A DNA stretch of 64,000 nt from Histomonas meleagridis 2922-C6/04-290x (GCA_020184695.1 JAANOX010000048.1:24598-88597), one strand, 5' to 3'. Shown: positions 51,486 through 62,072, numbered from the stretch's first letter. Notes: generated from the sequence alone by a model not told the origin. Program-made: numbers and translations.

Positions 51486-53693
51486 ATGATGAAAAATTCA
51501 CCAGAAGATAAAATTCCCCTTGAAGAACAATTCCGAAACCCACTTAATTTAGTTCAACCTATAATAATCAAGTCACCATCAGAAATTGAAGAAATTTTTT
51601 CAGAACTAAATACTAATTTAACACAAAAAGATGATTGGGAACTCCGTTTGGCATCCATAAAAAGAGCTATGTCTTATCTCAAAGGTAATGCACAAGACTT
51701 TGAAAGTGGTTGTTTTGAATATATTTCATCTGGAATTTCAACGTGTGTAGCTGATCTTCGGTCAACATTAGTCAAATGGAGTTCTTTATATATTGCTTCT
51801 GCTGCACAAACACTTGGGGCTACTTTTGCAACTTCAATAGAGATACTATTACCGCCTCTTTTTAAACAATTATCACATGGAACTTCTATAATTTCCAATT
51901 CATGTCATTTTGCACTTTTAGAGATAGGTCTTCATGTTCAGCATCGTCGAACAGCTCGTGCATTTCTTGTTTATCATACATCCAAAGCCAATATTCAGCG
52001 TATTGTTGTTGCAGAATTTATTTCCAATTGTATTCGAACATGGAAGCCAAATTTATTAACAAGTTTTGAACATTCATTTAATGATGTTCTTCGTAAATTT
52101 GTTACAGATCCATCAGCATCCGTAAGAAAAATAGCCAAAGAAAATTATAATGTTCAACGTACAGATATAAGCAACAAACAAATAATTCATAATATCCCAT
52201 CAACACCACAACCATCAAAACAAAATATTCGTCGTTCAACACCATTACCTAAAACTCCAAATCCTAAAACACGGAAAACATTACTTCGTTCAAGTTCACC
52301 CGTAAAAAATGAAAGAACATCACAAAAACTTCTAAATACATTTTCAACACCACAAAAACGTTCAAGTTCACCAACTCGAACTGAAAGAAATGTTCCACGA
52401 CTTAATAACATTAGTCCAAGTCATGATAATTCACCACGTAAAGACAAGTTAACATTAAGAAGAGAAATAAGTTCTCCAAATCCAAAGAAAACTAGAAGTA
52501 AATCACCAAAAAAAGGGCCTAAAAAAACAATGTGCATTGAAGAGTTTATGCCACCAAAATCACAAAATGATACGAAACAATTTATTAATATCCTTAATGA
52601 GATTACAAGTAATGGAAACTTCGAACTTTTGGACGGACTTGAAGTACTTTTAATTCCTTCTATAATATCGGCAACTCAATTCGAACCTAATATTCGTTCA
52701 TGGAGACTTTTATTACCCATTTTATTTCAACAATTTAATGAAATATTTTCTCAAAAAATTCATGAGTTGATTATTGCATTTAATTTTAATTCATGGTTAT
52801 TAAGAACGGTTTCAATATCTTTTAATTTGCAAAAAATCGCATTAGATATTATGCATACATCTATAGAAAATGCTTATAAGTTTTACGTTGCTGTTTTTAG
52901 TAATGGAATTCATTTAGAAATTTCAAACACAATCAAAAAACACATTTTGAGATTGATTAATTTATATAAAAGTGATGAAAATGTTCCTTTTTTGACTGAT
53001 GTAGTTTCACCGCAAAATGATCGTCCTTCTCAAACACAACAGTTTTGTGAAATGTGTCAATTAATGAAAGAAAATAAAGATTTTTCATATAATAATTTAG
53101 TAACAGACATTAAAGATAATAATTTTTGTATAGAAGAAAAAGTATTTTGTGATCAAATCTCTGATTTATTAACAAATGGAAATGATGATCAAAAACTTAA
53201 AATTATAAATTTTTGTCTCAAAATCCAGCAAAATATTCCACATCGAATGTATTCAAAGATAATTGATTCATTTGTAAAAATCTTAAGTGATATCAATCGA
53301 AACATTGCAACAATTTCAGAACAATTTATTAATACTATGCTAAATAATGAGCCGGATTTTGTGTTGTATATGTTAAAAATGGCAAAAGATTCAATTACAA
53401 ATGAGAATGAAGGAAACTCAATTTCGATACTATCGATCATTTTGAAATATTTCCAAAGTCTTTCGGAACAAACGCTTAATAATTATAGCGAATTTGTTGT
53501 CGAGAATTTACATAACTCTCTTTCTTCAAGTAATACAACTGTTAGAAGATACGTAATTTTGATTTTTGCGGAGTTTAGAAGGAAAATTCCAAATGAGTTC
53601 TCGAGATATTTCCAACAATTTAACTTAACGCACCAAAAATTAATAGAATTATATTGCTCAAAAAGATCAAAAGATGCAAACGAAAAGGCCTAA
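51486..53693 (+). CDS. CLASP-N (TOG-like) domain protein
   Basis: DDWELRLASI, DLRSTLVK, S/P/R-rich basic linker and C-terminal HEATs (SSNTTVRRYVILIFAEF). First ATG is 51486. Confidence 0.7.
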   Translation: MMKNSPEDKIPLEEQFRNPLNLVQPIIIKSPSEIEEIFSELNTNLTQKDDWELRLASIKRAMSYLKGNAQDFESGCFEYISSGISTCVADLRSTLVKWSSLYIASAAQTLGATFATSIEILLPPLFKQLSHGTSIISNSCHFALLEIGLHVQHRRTARAFLVYHTSKANIQRIVVAEFISNCIRTWKPNLLTSFEHSFNDVLRKFVTDPSASVRKIAKENYNVQRTDISNKQIIHNIPSTPQPSKQNIRRSTPLPKTPNPKTRKTLLRSSSPVKNERTSQKLLNTFSTPQKRSSSPTRTERNVPRLNNISPSHDNSPRKDKLTLRREISSPNPKKTRSKSPKKGPKKTMCIEEFMPPKSQNDTKQFINILNEITSNGNFELLDGLEVLLIPSIISATQFEPNIRSWRLLLPILFQQFNEIFSQKIHELIIAFNFNSWLLRTVSISFNLQKIALDIMHTSIENAYKFYVAVFSNGIHLEISNTIKKHILRLINLYKSDENVPFLTDVVSPQNDRPSQTQQFCEMCQLMKENKDFSYNNLVTDIKDNNFCIEEKVFCDQISDLLTNGNDDQKLKIINFCLKIQQNIPHRMYSKIIDSFVKILSDINRNIATISEQFINTMLNNEPDFVLYMLKMAKDSITNENEGNSISILSIILKYFQSLSEQTLNNYSEFVVENLHNSLSSSNTTVRRYVILIFAEFRRKIPNEFSRYFQQFNLTHQKLIELYCSKRSKDANEKA

Positions 53694-54036
53694 CAAATGT
53701 GTAAATAAAAATTATTTGTATGATAAAATGATTTTATTCCTTATGATGAATAAATGTCTTTGATTTTTTTTGAGTTATTTCTATAAATGAGTGAAAAAAA
53801 ATCAAATTTTTTGTTTCCTTTTGAAGGAAATTTAAAAGTATTTGATAATTATCATGTTTAATATTTGCTAAAAGATATATTATTTGATTAATAACTATTT
53901 GGTAACATTACATTAATTATTGTTTGTACGAGCTATAAAACTTGCTTCTTGTTTAAATAAGAATTTTTTATTGATTTTTTGGAAGAGCTTCCCACGATTA
54001 AGTAATGAGCCGATCAATGGGGCACTCCGTTTATTT

Positions 54037-55002
54037 ATGGAGAACCCACTCGAGGAGCTTGTAAAACTTGTTGCGTACATGTTTTACGAAGGGGACGTTA
54101 CCATGGTCCTTGTTGGGCTCCTTGGGATTGAAAATCCAATGAATCAAGATGAATTATCACATTATTTAAAATTTAGAAAATCAGATCTTGGTAAAGTCTT
54201 AGGTATTCTCCATCACGACAAGCTTATTGGTGTTGAAACTCGTGAAGATCTCACAGGAGTTGAAGATCCAGATAAATTGTCTGAATATCGACGGAAAAAA
54301 TTACTAAAAGATTATTATGCCATTGACTATAAATCCTTTGTTGATTCCGTCAATCTCAAAATCCGTCTAGTTTTAGAAGAACTTAAAGATCAATGCGGGC
54401 CCGAAGATAATATTTATTATCAATGTACTAACTGTCAACGCAAATATTTGCTTATTGACCTTATTTCATTTGACGATGGCCAGTTCGAATGTCCCATCTG
54501 CAAAGGTAGTATGATAGAGTTAGATGATACAGATGAGATTAACATTAAACAACAACGAAAGAATGAATTCACCGAAATGACAGCCCCATTACTTGAGTTA
54601 ATCAAACAAACCGAAGGACTTGTCATGATTGATGATCCTGATGAAAGATGTAAATCAGATAGCATGTGGGAGAAGAAAGACTACACCGAAAAGAGGGACA
54701 GAATCGATAAGTTAAAGCGAACCCCTAAGGTTAGGACGCATGTTACCACGAGTACCGATCTGCTTAAGCACACAAGCAATGTGATTGTTGTTACGGATAA
54801 AGTCCAACAACAACAGCCGGAAATCAAAGACATGAAAGTGTTTGTGGATAAGGAAAAGAAACCTGAGCCAGTAGGAGAAGTAAAGACAATAATTATTAAT
54901 GGAAAGGAATATACCGCAAAGGATATAACAGATGAATTGTTGGATAGTTTGCCGGAAGATGAGTTTAATAGAGCAATCGAATTTAAAGAACAAAATGAAT
55001 GA
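54037..55002 (+). CDS. GTF2E1: General transcription factor TFIIE alpha subunit
   Basis: Winged-helix N-terminus (LVKLVAYMFY...LGKVLGILHHDKLI), YYAIDYKSFVDSVNLKI and Zn ribbon CTNC...FECPIC. First ATG is 54037. Confidence 0.85.
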   Translation: MENPLEELVKLVAYMFYEGDVTMVLVGLLGIENPMNQDELSHYLKFRKSDLGKVLGILHHDKLIGVETREDLTGVEDPDKLSEYRRKKLLKDYYAIDYKSFVDSVNLKIRLVLEELKDQCGPEDNIYYQCTNCQRKYLLIDLISFDDGQFECPICKGSMIELDDTDEINIKQQRKNEFTEMTAPLLELIKQTEGLVMIDDPDERCKSDSMWEKKDYTEKRDRIDKLKRTPKVRTHVTTSTDLLKHTSNVIVVTDKVQQQQPEIKDMKVFVDKEKKPEPVGEVKTIIINGKEYTAKDITDELLDSLPEDEFNRAIEFKEQNE

Positions 55003-55605
55003 ACAATAAAAAATGATATAATATAATATGGAATGTGTTAAATTTTGATGCTTAAAGTTTTCAAAAATGCTCCAATTGTTTTATTTAATTTTTCTTGAGC
55101 AATGCATAAATAAGTTAAAACCAACATTTTATTTATTTTAATATGATATTAATTCGTTTTTAATCAAAAGTTAATCACATGGTGAATTGTTTTGTATATC
55201 TAGTCAATTTCTTATTATGTTTCTTGTTTGTAAATAAATTTACATTATGCAAGTAATCAAAATTTGAATATTAGATTTTTAAAATTAGCAGTTTGAAAGA
55301 TTTTTATTTGTAATTATTCCAAATTTGCAATCAAAAAAGAAAAGAAAGAACTATTGAACCAAAATAAATATATTTCTTAAGTTTTGTTAAGGTCTTAACT
55401 TTCTTTAAAGAATTTAGCCAATTATTTCAAAATTCATTCTGTTTTCATTTAGATTTCCTTAAAAATCCATATATAAATAAATCTAAAAATATTCACATTT
55501 AAAAAAAAAAACACGACAGAAATAAGGAATTTAAAAATAGATACAGTCATATACACCATCCTAATCAATAAAAAACATAAAAAAAAAAAAATATAAATTT
55601 TCAAA

Positions 55606-57213
55606 TTAATGTAATAATTTATAGTCAAGTGGGTAAGTCATTGATGTATCAATTCCTTCTATCAATTGGTATAAGAAATCAGTTGCATTCTTTTTATAAT
55701 CTGCTAATCTGTTTGGTTCGGTTTCTTTTGTTTTTACTAACAAAGGTCCGAATATATTTGCTAATTCAGCACTTCCTATTTTATTATATTCTTCAAACTT
55801 TACAATATGTTGTAAGAATCCGGTTAAATACAACAATGTATACATATGAGTTTTAGGTAAAGCAAATGGTATATTTAAATATTTTCCAGAATTACATAGC
55901 AAATTAAATTCAGGCAAAAACGACATTGGAATTATTGAATTTGTAAGTTGCTGAAACCATAATTTAATTAATTCGCATAAATTATATAAATCCATTTTTT
56001 GCAAGCATGTTATATCTTCATTTGCCATACTTGCATTCATGCTAATAATTTTTTCAACACCTGGTTCATGAAATATTCCCTCTTCACGTAACCCATTCTT
56101 GTTAATGAAGAGTTGCGTCATATAATATAATATATATGGTATAGGACATAATGGGACTTTCTTTCTTTGAGCCCACATAATTTCATAGATGGAAGTATTG
56201 AATTGCTTTGAATTGCTATCGGTTTCATACAATTTTTTAATATCGTTTTGTTCAATGAAAAAATTGTCTTCCCTTCCTATACAGCATCGACTTTCAAAAC
56301 GAATGAATGCAAGCTGAGCAATCTCTTTCACTTTTTCAAGCTCGTTTTGATCAAGTGCAGTATGGGCGATGTGTGCTAAAATATAAAGCTGCGAGTCAAG
56401 AGTAGAAGGAAAAAGCGATGCAATAATAAGGAAAAGTTCCCAACTACGAAGTTTAAGATCTTGATTTGGAGTATTGGTGGTTTGAGCTATCAATTGGAAA
56501 AATACTTCATCACGAAGAGCAGTATATTCACATAGAAGCTTCAAAAGCTTAACTAGAGAGTCTTCCGCTTTTTCTTCCGTGTTTTTCTTGTTGTTTATTA
56601 CTCGAGTATATTTAAGGATGTAAACAAAAGACTTAAGAGCAACAGGAACAACGTTACTTGGAAGGTGGCAAAGAATAGGCTTAATGATGGGCTTTGATGT
56701 GAACTTGATAGCATTACGGAAAGAATATATTTTCCTGAAAAAGATGAATCCCTTCTTATTTTTCTTGAAAAAGTTCATGCGGAAATCGAGATCTTGAAAC
56801 TCTTCAATGCTACGTAGAAATATGTTTCGATCAAAATATGTTGGCCCAAATCCATCTTTCATCTTTTCCTTTTTAACATTAGCTGAAGCTCTTAAAATAG
56901 AAAGAGGAGTAGGAACTATACATGAAAGCTCAATAGACAATTCAACAACACTATTACGTGGAGGATTATCTTTCGAATCTTCTTTCGGAACTTCGGGAAT
57001 TCCGATTTTGCTTCGAAAGGTAAATGGATTATTGTTTTCATCTACCCAATTTCCAGGCGGAACATGTAAAAGATCCGTTGTATTCGGATCAAATATAAAT
57101 CCATATGATGGGAAATCATAAGAAACACTTTCATCATTAGTATCATAATAATAATACCGACCTTTTTTGTCCTTATATGCTAAAAAATCATGAATTTCAT
57201 CTTGTTCGCTCAT
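55606..57213 (-). CDS. WW-like + MyTH4 + RhoGAP protein (ARHGAP39/Vilse-like)
   Basis: GRYYYYDTNDESVSYDFP (WW-like), LRDEVFFQLIAQTTNTP...WELFLIIASLFP (MyTH4), EGIFHEPG, LIKLWF, NLANIFGP-type helix (ELANIFGP). Confidence 0.8.
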   Translation of the reverse strand: MSEQDEIHDFLAYKDKKGRYYYYDTNDESVSYDFPSYGFIFDPNTTDLLHVPPGNWVDENNNPFTFRSKIGIPEVPKEDSKDNPPRNSVVELSIELSCIVPTPLSILRASANVKKEKMKDGFGPTYFDRNIFLRSIEEFQDLDFRMNFFKKNKKGFIFFRKIYSFRNAIKFTSKPIIKPILCHLPSNVVPVALKSFVYILKYTRVINNKKNTEEKAEDSLVKLLKLLCEYTALRDEVFFQLIAQTTNTPNQDLKLRSWELFLIIASLFPSTLDSQLYILAHIAHTALDQNELEKVKEIAQLAFIRFESRCCIGREDNFFIEQNDIKKLYETDSNSKQFNTSIYEIMWAQRKKVPLCPIPYILYYMTQLFINKNGLREEGIFHEPGVEKIISMNASMANEDITCLQKMDLYNLCELIKLWFQQLTNSIIPMSFLPEFNLLCNSGKYLNIPFALPKTHMYTLLYLTGFLQHIVKFEEYNKIGSAELANIFGPLLVKTKETEPNRLADYKKNATDFLYQLIEGIDTSMTYPLDYKLLH

Positions 57214-57438
57214 AAATTAAATTCACTTTTTATTATGAATTTTATGATCAACTGCAAAAATTTATTTCGTTATTATATTGACTAAAAAGTTATTAATGAT
57301 GAATAATACTTTTTGTATTTAAGGAAAGAAATATACATACGTTGCAATATGATGTAATGCAGAAATTGATTAAATTTTTAAAATGAAATAATTTGATATG
57401 AAATATAAAAAAGGAAGATTTGTGATAAATTAGGATTT

Positions 57439-57846
57439 TTATTGTTCTTCCTTCTTCATTCTGCAGCCTGCATTGTAAACGAAAATGTTCTTTTCTTGTG
57501 CAGCTTTTTCAATCTGACGGCGAAGCTTTCCACCAACAGCGTGATGGATGACTGCGCAATACTTTGTGTTGTTGGTGAACAATGGTTCAAGTTCCTTAAC
57601 ATTATGAACAATAACTGGTCTGAAACCATTTGGAAGCATGTACTTTGTTTCTTTGTCACTTCCATAACCGCACTTTGGATGTGCTGGTGTGCCGCGTTGG
57701 TTCTTACGGAATCTTGAATCAATACCACGAGTAAGACGCCAGCTTGATTTGACACGGACGAAAAGATCTGATTGAATACGGTTGAACCTTGTGGTCTTCT
57801 TCTTGATGATTGGTTTATGTTCAGCAGCAACAACAGTAGTCGACAT
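57439..57846 (-). CDS. RPL32: 60S ribosomal protein L32 (eL32)
   Basis: KKKTTRFNRIQSD, WRLTRGIDS, GYGSDKETKYMLPNGF, VHNVKELE. Confidence 0.95.
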   Translation of the reverse strand: MSTTVVAAEHKPIIKKKTTRFNRIQSDLFVRVKSSWRLTRGIDSRFRKNQRGTPAHPKCGYGSDKETKYMLPNGFRPVIVHNVKELEPLFTNNTKYCAVIHHAVGGKLRRQIEKAAQEKNIFVYNAGCRMKKEEQ

Positions 57847-57850
57847 TTGG

Positions 57851-57869
57851 AAAGGCCGACCAAACCGTT
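57851..57869 (-). promoter_or_regulatory. M5 + M3 core promoter of RPL32
   Basis: Minus strand reads AACGGTTT-GGTCGG-CCTTT-CCAA-ATG. Confidence 0.75.
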
Positions 57870-57935
57870 ATTCAAATTGAATCCAAGATTTTAACGGTCG
57901 ATTTTCGGCGAACGTTTAAACACGTTAACTCCCAT

Positions 57936-60689
57936 ATGGAAGAAACAAATGATTTAGCAAATACAGATATAGAAAATCATCCAGCTATTGCAAAATTAAA
58001 TCAACTCTTAGATTCAGGCCAAATTACAAAGGATATATATGATAATTTAAATTTTAAATTTCAAAAATTACATCAAGCATTTTCACAATCATGTATGACA
58101 GAACAAATTTTACTTAGGAGAACTCGCGATCTTAATAAAGAACTTAAAGCTCAAAAAATGACTATTGAAGATTCAACATCACAACAACAAGATCATCATG
58201 CAACTCTTACTTTGCTTCGTCAACTTGTTACAAATGCGCAGACAGAACTTGATGCTGCCAAAGAACAAATCGAATCCATTAGAGCTAATACAGCACTTAA
58301 AAAAAAAGAAAGGGATAAATTAATTGAGAAAGTTGCACAAGCTAAAGAAGATCAAAGTCTTAAACTTGAACCTCTTAAACTTCAAATATCTAATGAAGTC
58401 CAAGCATTAGAAGAATCAATCAAAGAAAAGACGCAAACAGTAAATAATCTTAAAAATACATCACAAAGTATTGCAAATAGACTTCAAATTTGTGAAGAAC
58501 AAATTGCAGATATTGAATCAAAGAAAAAAGTTGCCAATCAAAAGATGTTAGAAATTGGTTCAATTCCAATTAAAACGCGACAAAAAGTTTTTGTAGTTGA
58601 ATCATCACATAATTCTCTTTTATCAGAAGAAAAATCAATTGTCGAACAACTTAATTCAACTGAAACTACACTTACGCATTTACATTCACAATCACTTGAA
58701 TTAGAAACAGAATATCAAAACATATCAAATGAAATAGAACAAATGATAAAAGTTGTAAACAATATCAAATTAAAAAACGAAGAAATCCGTCAACTTAATG
58801 AAGAACAAAATAATATTAAACAACAAAAAGAATATGAAGTTCATCAAGTTATTAAACTTGTAAATGAACAAAATAGTGAAATTACAACACTTGAACAAAA
58901 ATTAGAAACAATTGAAAAAGATATAAATAAAAAAGAAAAAGAAAAACATCGAATTGAAGAAGCAATTACAAAACTTCAAATCGACACAAAAAATTTAAAT
59001 TCACAACTTGATGCATTAAAAACCGAAGAACAAAAAGAAGAATTAAATAATTCTCAATTAAAAACACAACTCGATAAAAGCATTGAAGCAAAAGAATCAG
59101 CATTAAGAGCCGTATTATCAGTTAAAAACATTAACGAGAAAATTTTAGAAGAAATTAAATCGGCTTTAATAGAAAGGAATCGTAAACAAACTATACATGA
59201 TGAATTAGCTAAGAAAGAACATGAACTACAATTACAATTAACAGAAATGTCTTTAATCCGTGATAGAAAAGCACGTGAAACAGCATCAATGAAAAAGAAA
59301 ACAATTGATACAAAGGCTTTAGCTATGGAAAGAAATCTCGACTTAATGGATCTCCATCGAAAACAAGAACAAAATTCACAAAAACTTAAGGATTGTTCTG
59401 AGTTATATGAAAAAGCTAAAATCGATCGAAACAAAAACTTAAATCATATTCAATCATCTCGACAATATATTGTTGAGTATAAAGAAAAAATTCGAATTCT
59501 TGAAAATGAAGTTGATTTTTTACGGAATGAATTTGAACAAGTTGATGCATCTGTTAAATTACAAAAGAATTCTCTTTTGGAAGCATTAACACGAAGAGAT
59601 TCAACAAAATCGGATTTGAAAAAAGCGGAAAAACTTTATCAAGAACTTCAATCTAAAATTGATTTACAACATAATGAAATTGAGCGTTTAAATCTCATTT
59701 TACAAAATCGAGAAAATGCTATAACACATCAACAATCAAGATATACAGTACAAGCAGATGATTGTTCTAATATGAGAAGAATGTTAATAGATAAACAAGA
59801 TGAATTATATTTAATACATGAGCAATTTAATCGTCATGAAGAAGTCATGAAAAGAGGCGAAATTGCTTTAAAAGAACGTGAAGAAGAACAAAAATTACTT
59901 TCACTTCAATTAAAAGACTTTGTTCGAAGAATAGAAATTATGCAAAAAAAGATTCCTCAACTTAAAGCTTATGAAAATGAAATATCTGAACTTGAAAAAC
60001 AAATTGTTAAAGAAAGAAGTGAAGTTGAAAAAGTTACAGAAAAACTAGAAATTCCCGATTTAAAGGGCAGAAAGCGTATATATTGTGGAAAAGATTATAC
60101 ACAAAAAGAACTTGATGAGAAGGTAAAACTTTATGAACAAAGAATTAATGAAAAAAGTCAACAAATTTGGGAAAAACAAATTCTACTTAATGATATCGAA
60201 GAAAAAATTAAAGAAATTAAAGAAAATCAACAAAATATCAACACACAAAGATCTTCAAAAACTCATGAAAAAAGTGAAAACTTTAGAGTGGAAACAATGG
60301 CTTTGAGAAGAAAGAAAATGGCTGCACTTGCTGAGTCTGCAATTTATCAGGCTCAAAGTGAAGAATTAAAAGAACAAAAGGAAAATATTAAGGCTGAAAT
60401 AGAAATGGCAGGAAAAAGAACTCAAAAAGGTGAAGCCTTTGATCAATATGCGGAAAAAATGGTTAAAATGCATATTCGAGATGCAAATTCTAGTTTAAGA
60501 GCTAGAACTGCAAACATTGATGGGGATGAATTGGATGAAAAAAGAAACAAAAGACAACACTTTGATGCATATCCTACAGCTGATGGATTGTCAAGGCCTT
60601 ATGGAGCATTCCCTGTATTTCAACCAGCTGAACCTTCTGGACAACTAAGGCATTATAGAAATGAAAATGTTCGACCAATAGAAATATAA
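57936..60689 (+). CDS. CCDC146: Flagellar coiled-coil protein CCDC146/MBO2-like
   Basis: About 900-aa coiled coil ending FDAYPTADGLSRPYGAFPVFQPAEPSGQLRHYRNENVRPIEI, like the CCDC146 tail (PKPYGA..PFKPSEPG.NMRH.RKP..KPVEI). Confidence 0.7.
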   Translation: MEETNDLANTDIENHPAIAKLNQLLDSGQITKDIYDNLNFKFQKLHQAFSQSCMTEQILLRRTRDLNKELKAQKMTIEDSTSQQQDHHATLTLLRQLVTNAQTELDAAKEQIESIRANTALKKKERDKLIEKVAQAKEDQSLKLEPLKLQISNEVQALEESIKEKTQTVNNLKNTSQSIANRLQICEEQIADIESKKKVANQKMLEIGSIPIKTRQKVFVVESSHNSLLSEEKSIVEQLNSTETTLTHLHSQSLELETEYQNISNEIEQMIKVVNNIKLKNEEIRQLNEEQNNIKQQKEYEVHQVIKLVNEQNSEITTLEQKLETIEKDINKKEKEKHRIEEAITKLQIDTKNLNSQLDALKTEEQKEELNNSQLKTQLDKSIEAKESALRAVLSVKNINEKILEEIKSALIERNRKQTIHDELAKKEHELQLQLTEMSLIRDRKARETASMKKKTIDTKALAMERNLDLMDLHRKQEQNSQKLKDCSELYEKAKIDRNKNLNHIQSSRQYIVEYKEKIRILENEVDFLRNEFEQVDASVKLQKNSLLEALTRRDSTKSDLKKAEKLYQELQSKIDLQHNEIERLNLILQNRENAITHQQSRYTVQADDCSNMRRMLIDKQDELYLIHEQFNRHEEVMKRGEIALKEREEEQKLLSLQLKDFVRRIEIMQKKIPQLKAYENEISELEKQIVKERSEVEKVTEKLEIPDLKGRKRIYCGKDYTQKELDEKVKLYEQRINEKSQQIWEKQILLNDIEEKIKEIKENQQNINTQRSSKTHEKSENFRVETMALRRKKMAALAESAIYQAQSEELKEQKENIKAEIEMAGKRTQKGEAFDQYAEKMVKMHIRDANSSLRARTANIDGDELDEKRNKRQHFDAYPTADGLSRPYGAFPVFQPAEPSGQLRHYRNENVRPIEI

Positions 60690-60822
60690 TTAATAATAAA
60701 TATTTTTTTATAAGGAATCAAAAAAGGTGTTTTAGTTCCCATAAAAATTGTTTCATTGTATATTTTGAAAAAGTTCATTTCCTTCATGTGTTGAAATATG
60801 GCAATCGACAAATTCTAACGAA

Positions 60823-60922
60823 ATTGATGTCGTCTAATGGGCAGGGCACGCATTTCTTCCTTTAAATCATTCAAGTTGAATGTTCGAGGAGCGTAATCAA
60901 GGTTCGATTCCTTGCATCAATA
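60823..60922 (+). ncRNA. tRNA-like Pol III gene with a non-canonical 45-nt anticodon domain (isotype unassignable)
   Basis: Acceptor ATTGATG/CATCAAT + A73, D arm GTCT/GGGC, variable TAAT, T arm CAAGG-TTCGATT-CCTTG, A-box- and B-box-like sequences, T7 terminator at 60923-60929. Confidence 0.75.
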
Positions 60923-61046
60923 TTTTTTTGATTTTTTTCTCGTTTTTTTTGTGAATGATAAAAGTTACAAATATTAAGTAAAAATTATAAATAAAAAATA
61001 TATCAAAACGGAAATCAATTTATTTAAATTATTATTAATTCTCTGC

Positions 61047-62072
61047 TTAAGCAAAAGGAGTATTTTTTGTGTTGCAATAATGTATTGAATACGAAATATT
61101 CACTGTGTTACCGACTGATGCAATACCATTACTTGCTACTCCAGTTTCATAATTATTTATATCTACTGAAGCACTGCCTAATGAAACAGAGTTATCAAAG
61201 ACTTCTATTCCAAGTGTATCTTTTCCAACGTTATTAAACTTCATTATTTCAGACCAAACTGGCGATGCGCCCGCAGCATTTTCTGTTTGTCTCGTTTGAC
61301 CTTTATAACTTAAGACACAGTAAGTAGTACTGTTAGCACTGAGACCAGTGGCACTGTTAATGCGTACATTTAATGCATAGACAACGCGTAATTTCCAATA
61401 TATCGTAAAGGCTAAAAGTGCAAGAAGAATTACAACTACTGTCCAAAGAACAAACTTGTTGAAGATAATCCGTCGCAGCATTTTGTTCGCAATGCTTTGT
61501 CCTTTTTTCCCTTCGGTTTGAATATCATCTAAATTACTATTAACATTGTTAAGAATCTTACGATCTTCTTGGAGTGTAGTCATGGTTTGGTCGGCTGTTT
61601 GTTTTGTTTCATTTCCAATTGATATGGCTTGATCAAGATCGTCAAGAATAAGACCTTGCTTATCAAGGTTCTTATGAAGCTGTTGGTTTTGCTTGTAGCC
61701 AGGATCATTTTCCATAGATTGCATTTTCTGGCGAAGATCTGTCATCATCCGATTATATGTGGGCCTTAGATTTTGATTAATTTCTTCAACATAGAAATCA
61801 CGTTCTCCTTCAGGGATAGAGTTACACATGGTTGTAAGTTTCGAAATTTTGGTATTGAGTTGTGAAAGTTTATTTTCTATTGTTCTTCCCAAGTTCTTTT
61901 TTTCATCATAATTAGAACTATTAAATTGTGAGAAATTAGATTGAATACTTTGGATCAATTCTTCAGCTTCATTTAACCCATCATCAAGTTGTTGCAGCAT
62001 TTTTTGGTGTTTGAATTCAAAGCTTTTTGAATTAATACTCAAATATTCAATTAAACGGTTGCGTATTGCCAT
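61047..62072 (-). CDS. VTI1: Vti1-like Qb-SNARE with a C2-like domain C-terminal to the TM anchor
   Basis: Habc-like N-terminus (alternative start MLQQ at 62000), SNARE motif (LDQAISIGNETKQTADQTMTTLQEDRKIL...KMLRRIIFNK), TM (FVLWTVVVILLALLAFTIYW), then VRINSATGL...YCVLSY...RQT...SPVWSE..F...LGIEVFD...LGSASVDI. Confidence 0.8.
   Translation of the reverse strand: MAIRNRLIEYLSINSKSFEFKHQKMLQQLDDGLNEAEELIQSIQSNFSQFNSSNYDEKKNLGRTIENKLSQLNTKISKLTTMCNSIPEGERDFYVEEINQNLRPTYNRMMTDLRQKMQSMENDPGYKQNQQLHKNLDKQGLILDDLDQAISIGNETKQTADQTMTTLQEDRKILNNVNSNLDDIQTEGKKGQSIANKMLRRIIFNKFVLWTVVVILLALLAFTIYWKLRVVYALNVRINSATGLSANSTTYCVLSYKGQTRQTENAAGASPVWSEIMKFNNVGKDTLGIEVFDNSVSLGSASVDINNYETGVASNGIASVGNTVNISYSIHYCNTKNTPFA

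Noticed and set aside
60867-60882. tRNA-Sec (TCA triplet in the insert)
   Set aside because: No long variable arm or extended acceptor stem, and the TCA lies in a hairpin stem rather than a 7-nt loop.
60849-60893. UAA stop-codon reassignment via a TTA-anticodon tRNA
   Set aside because: Most bona fide genes in the window end in TAA and long ORFs contain no in-frame TAA. The TTA loop needs an implausible 6-nt excision, so it is kept only as a hypothesis to test.
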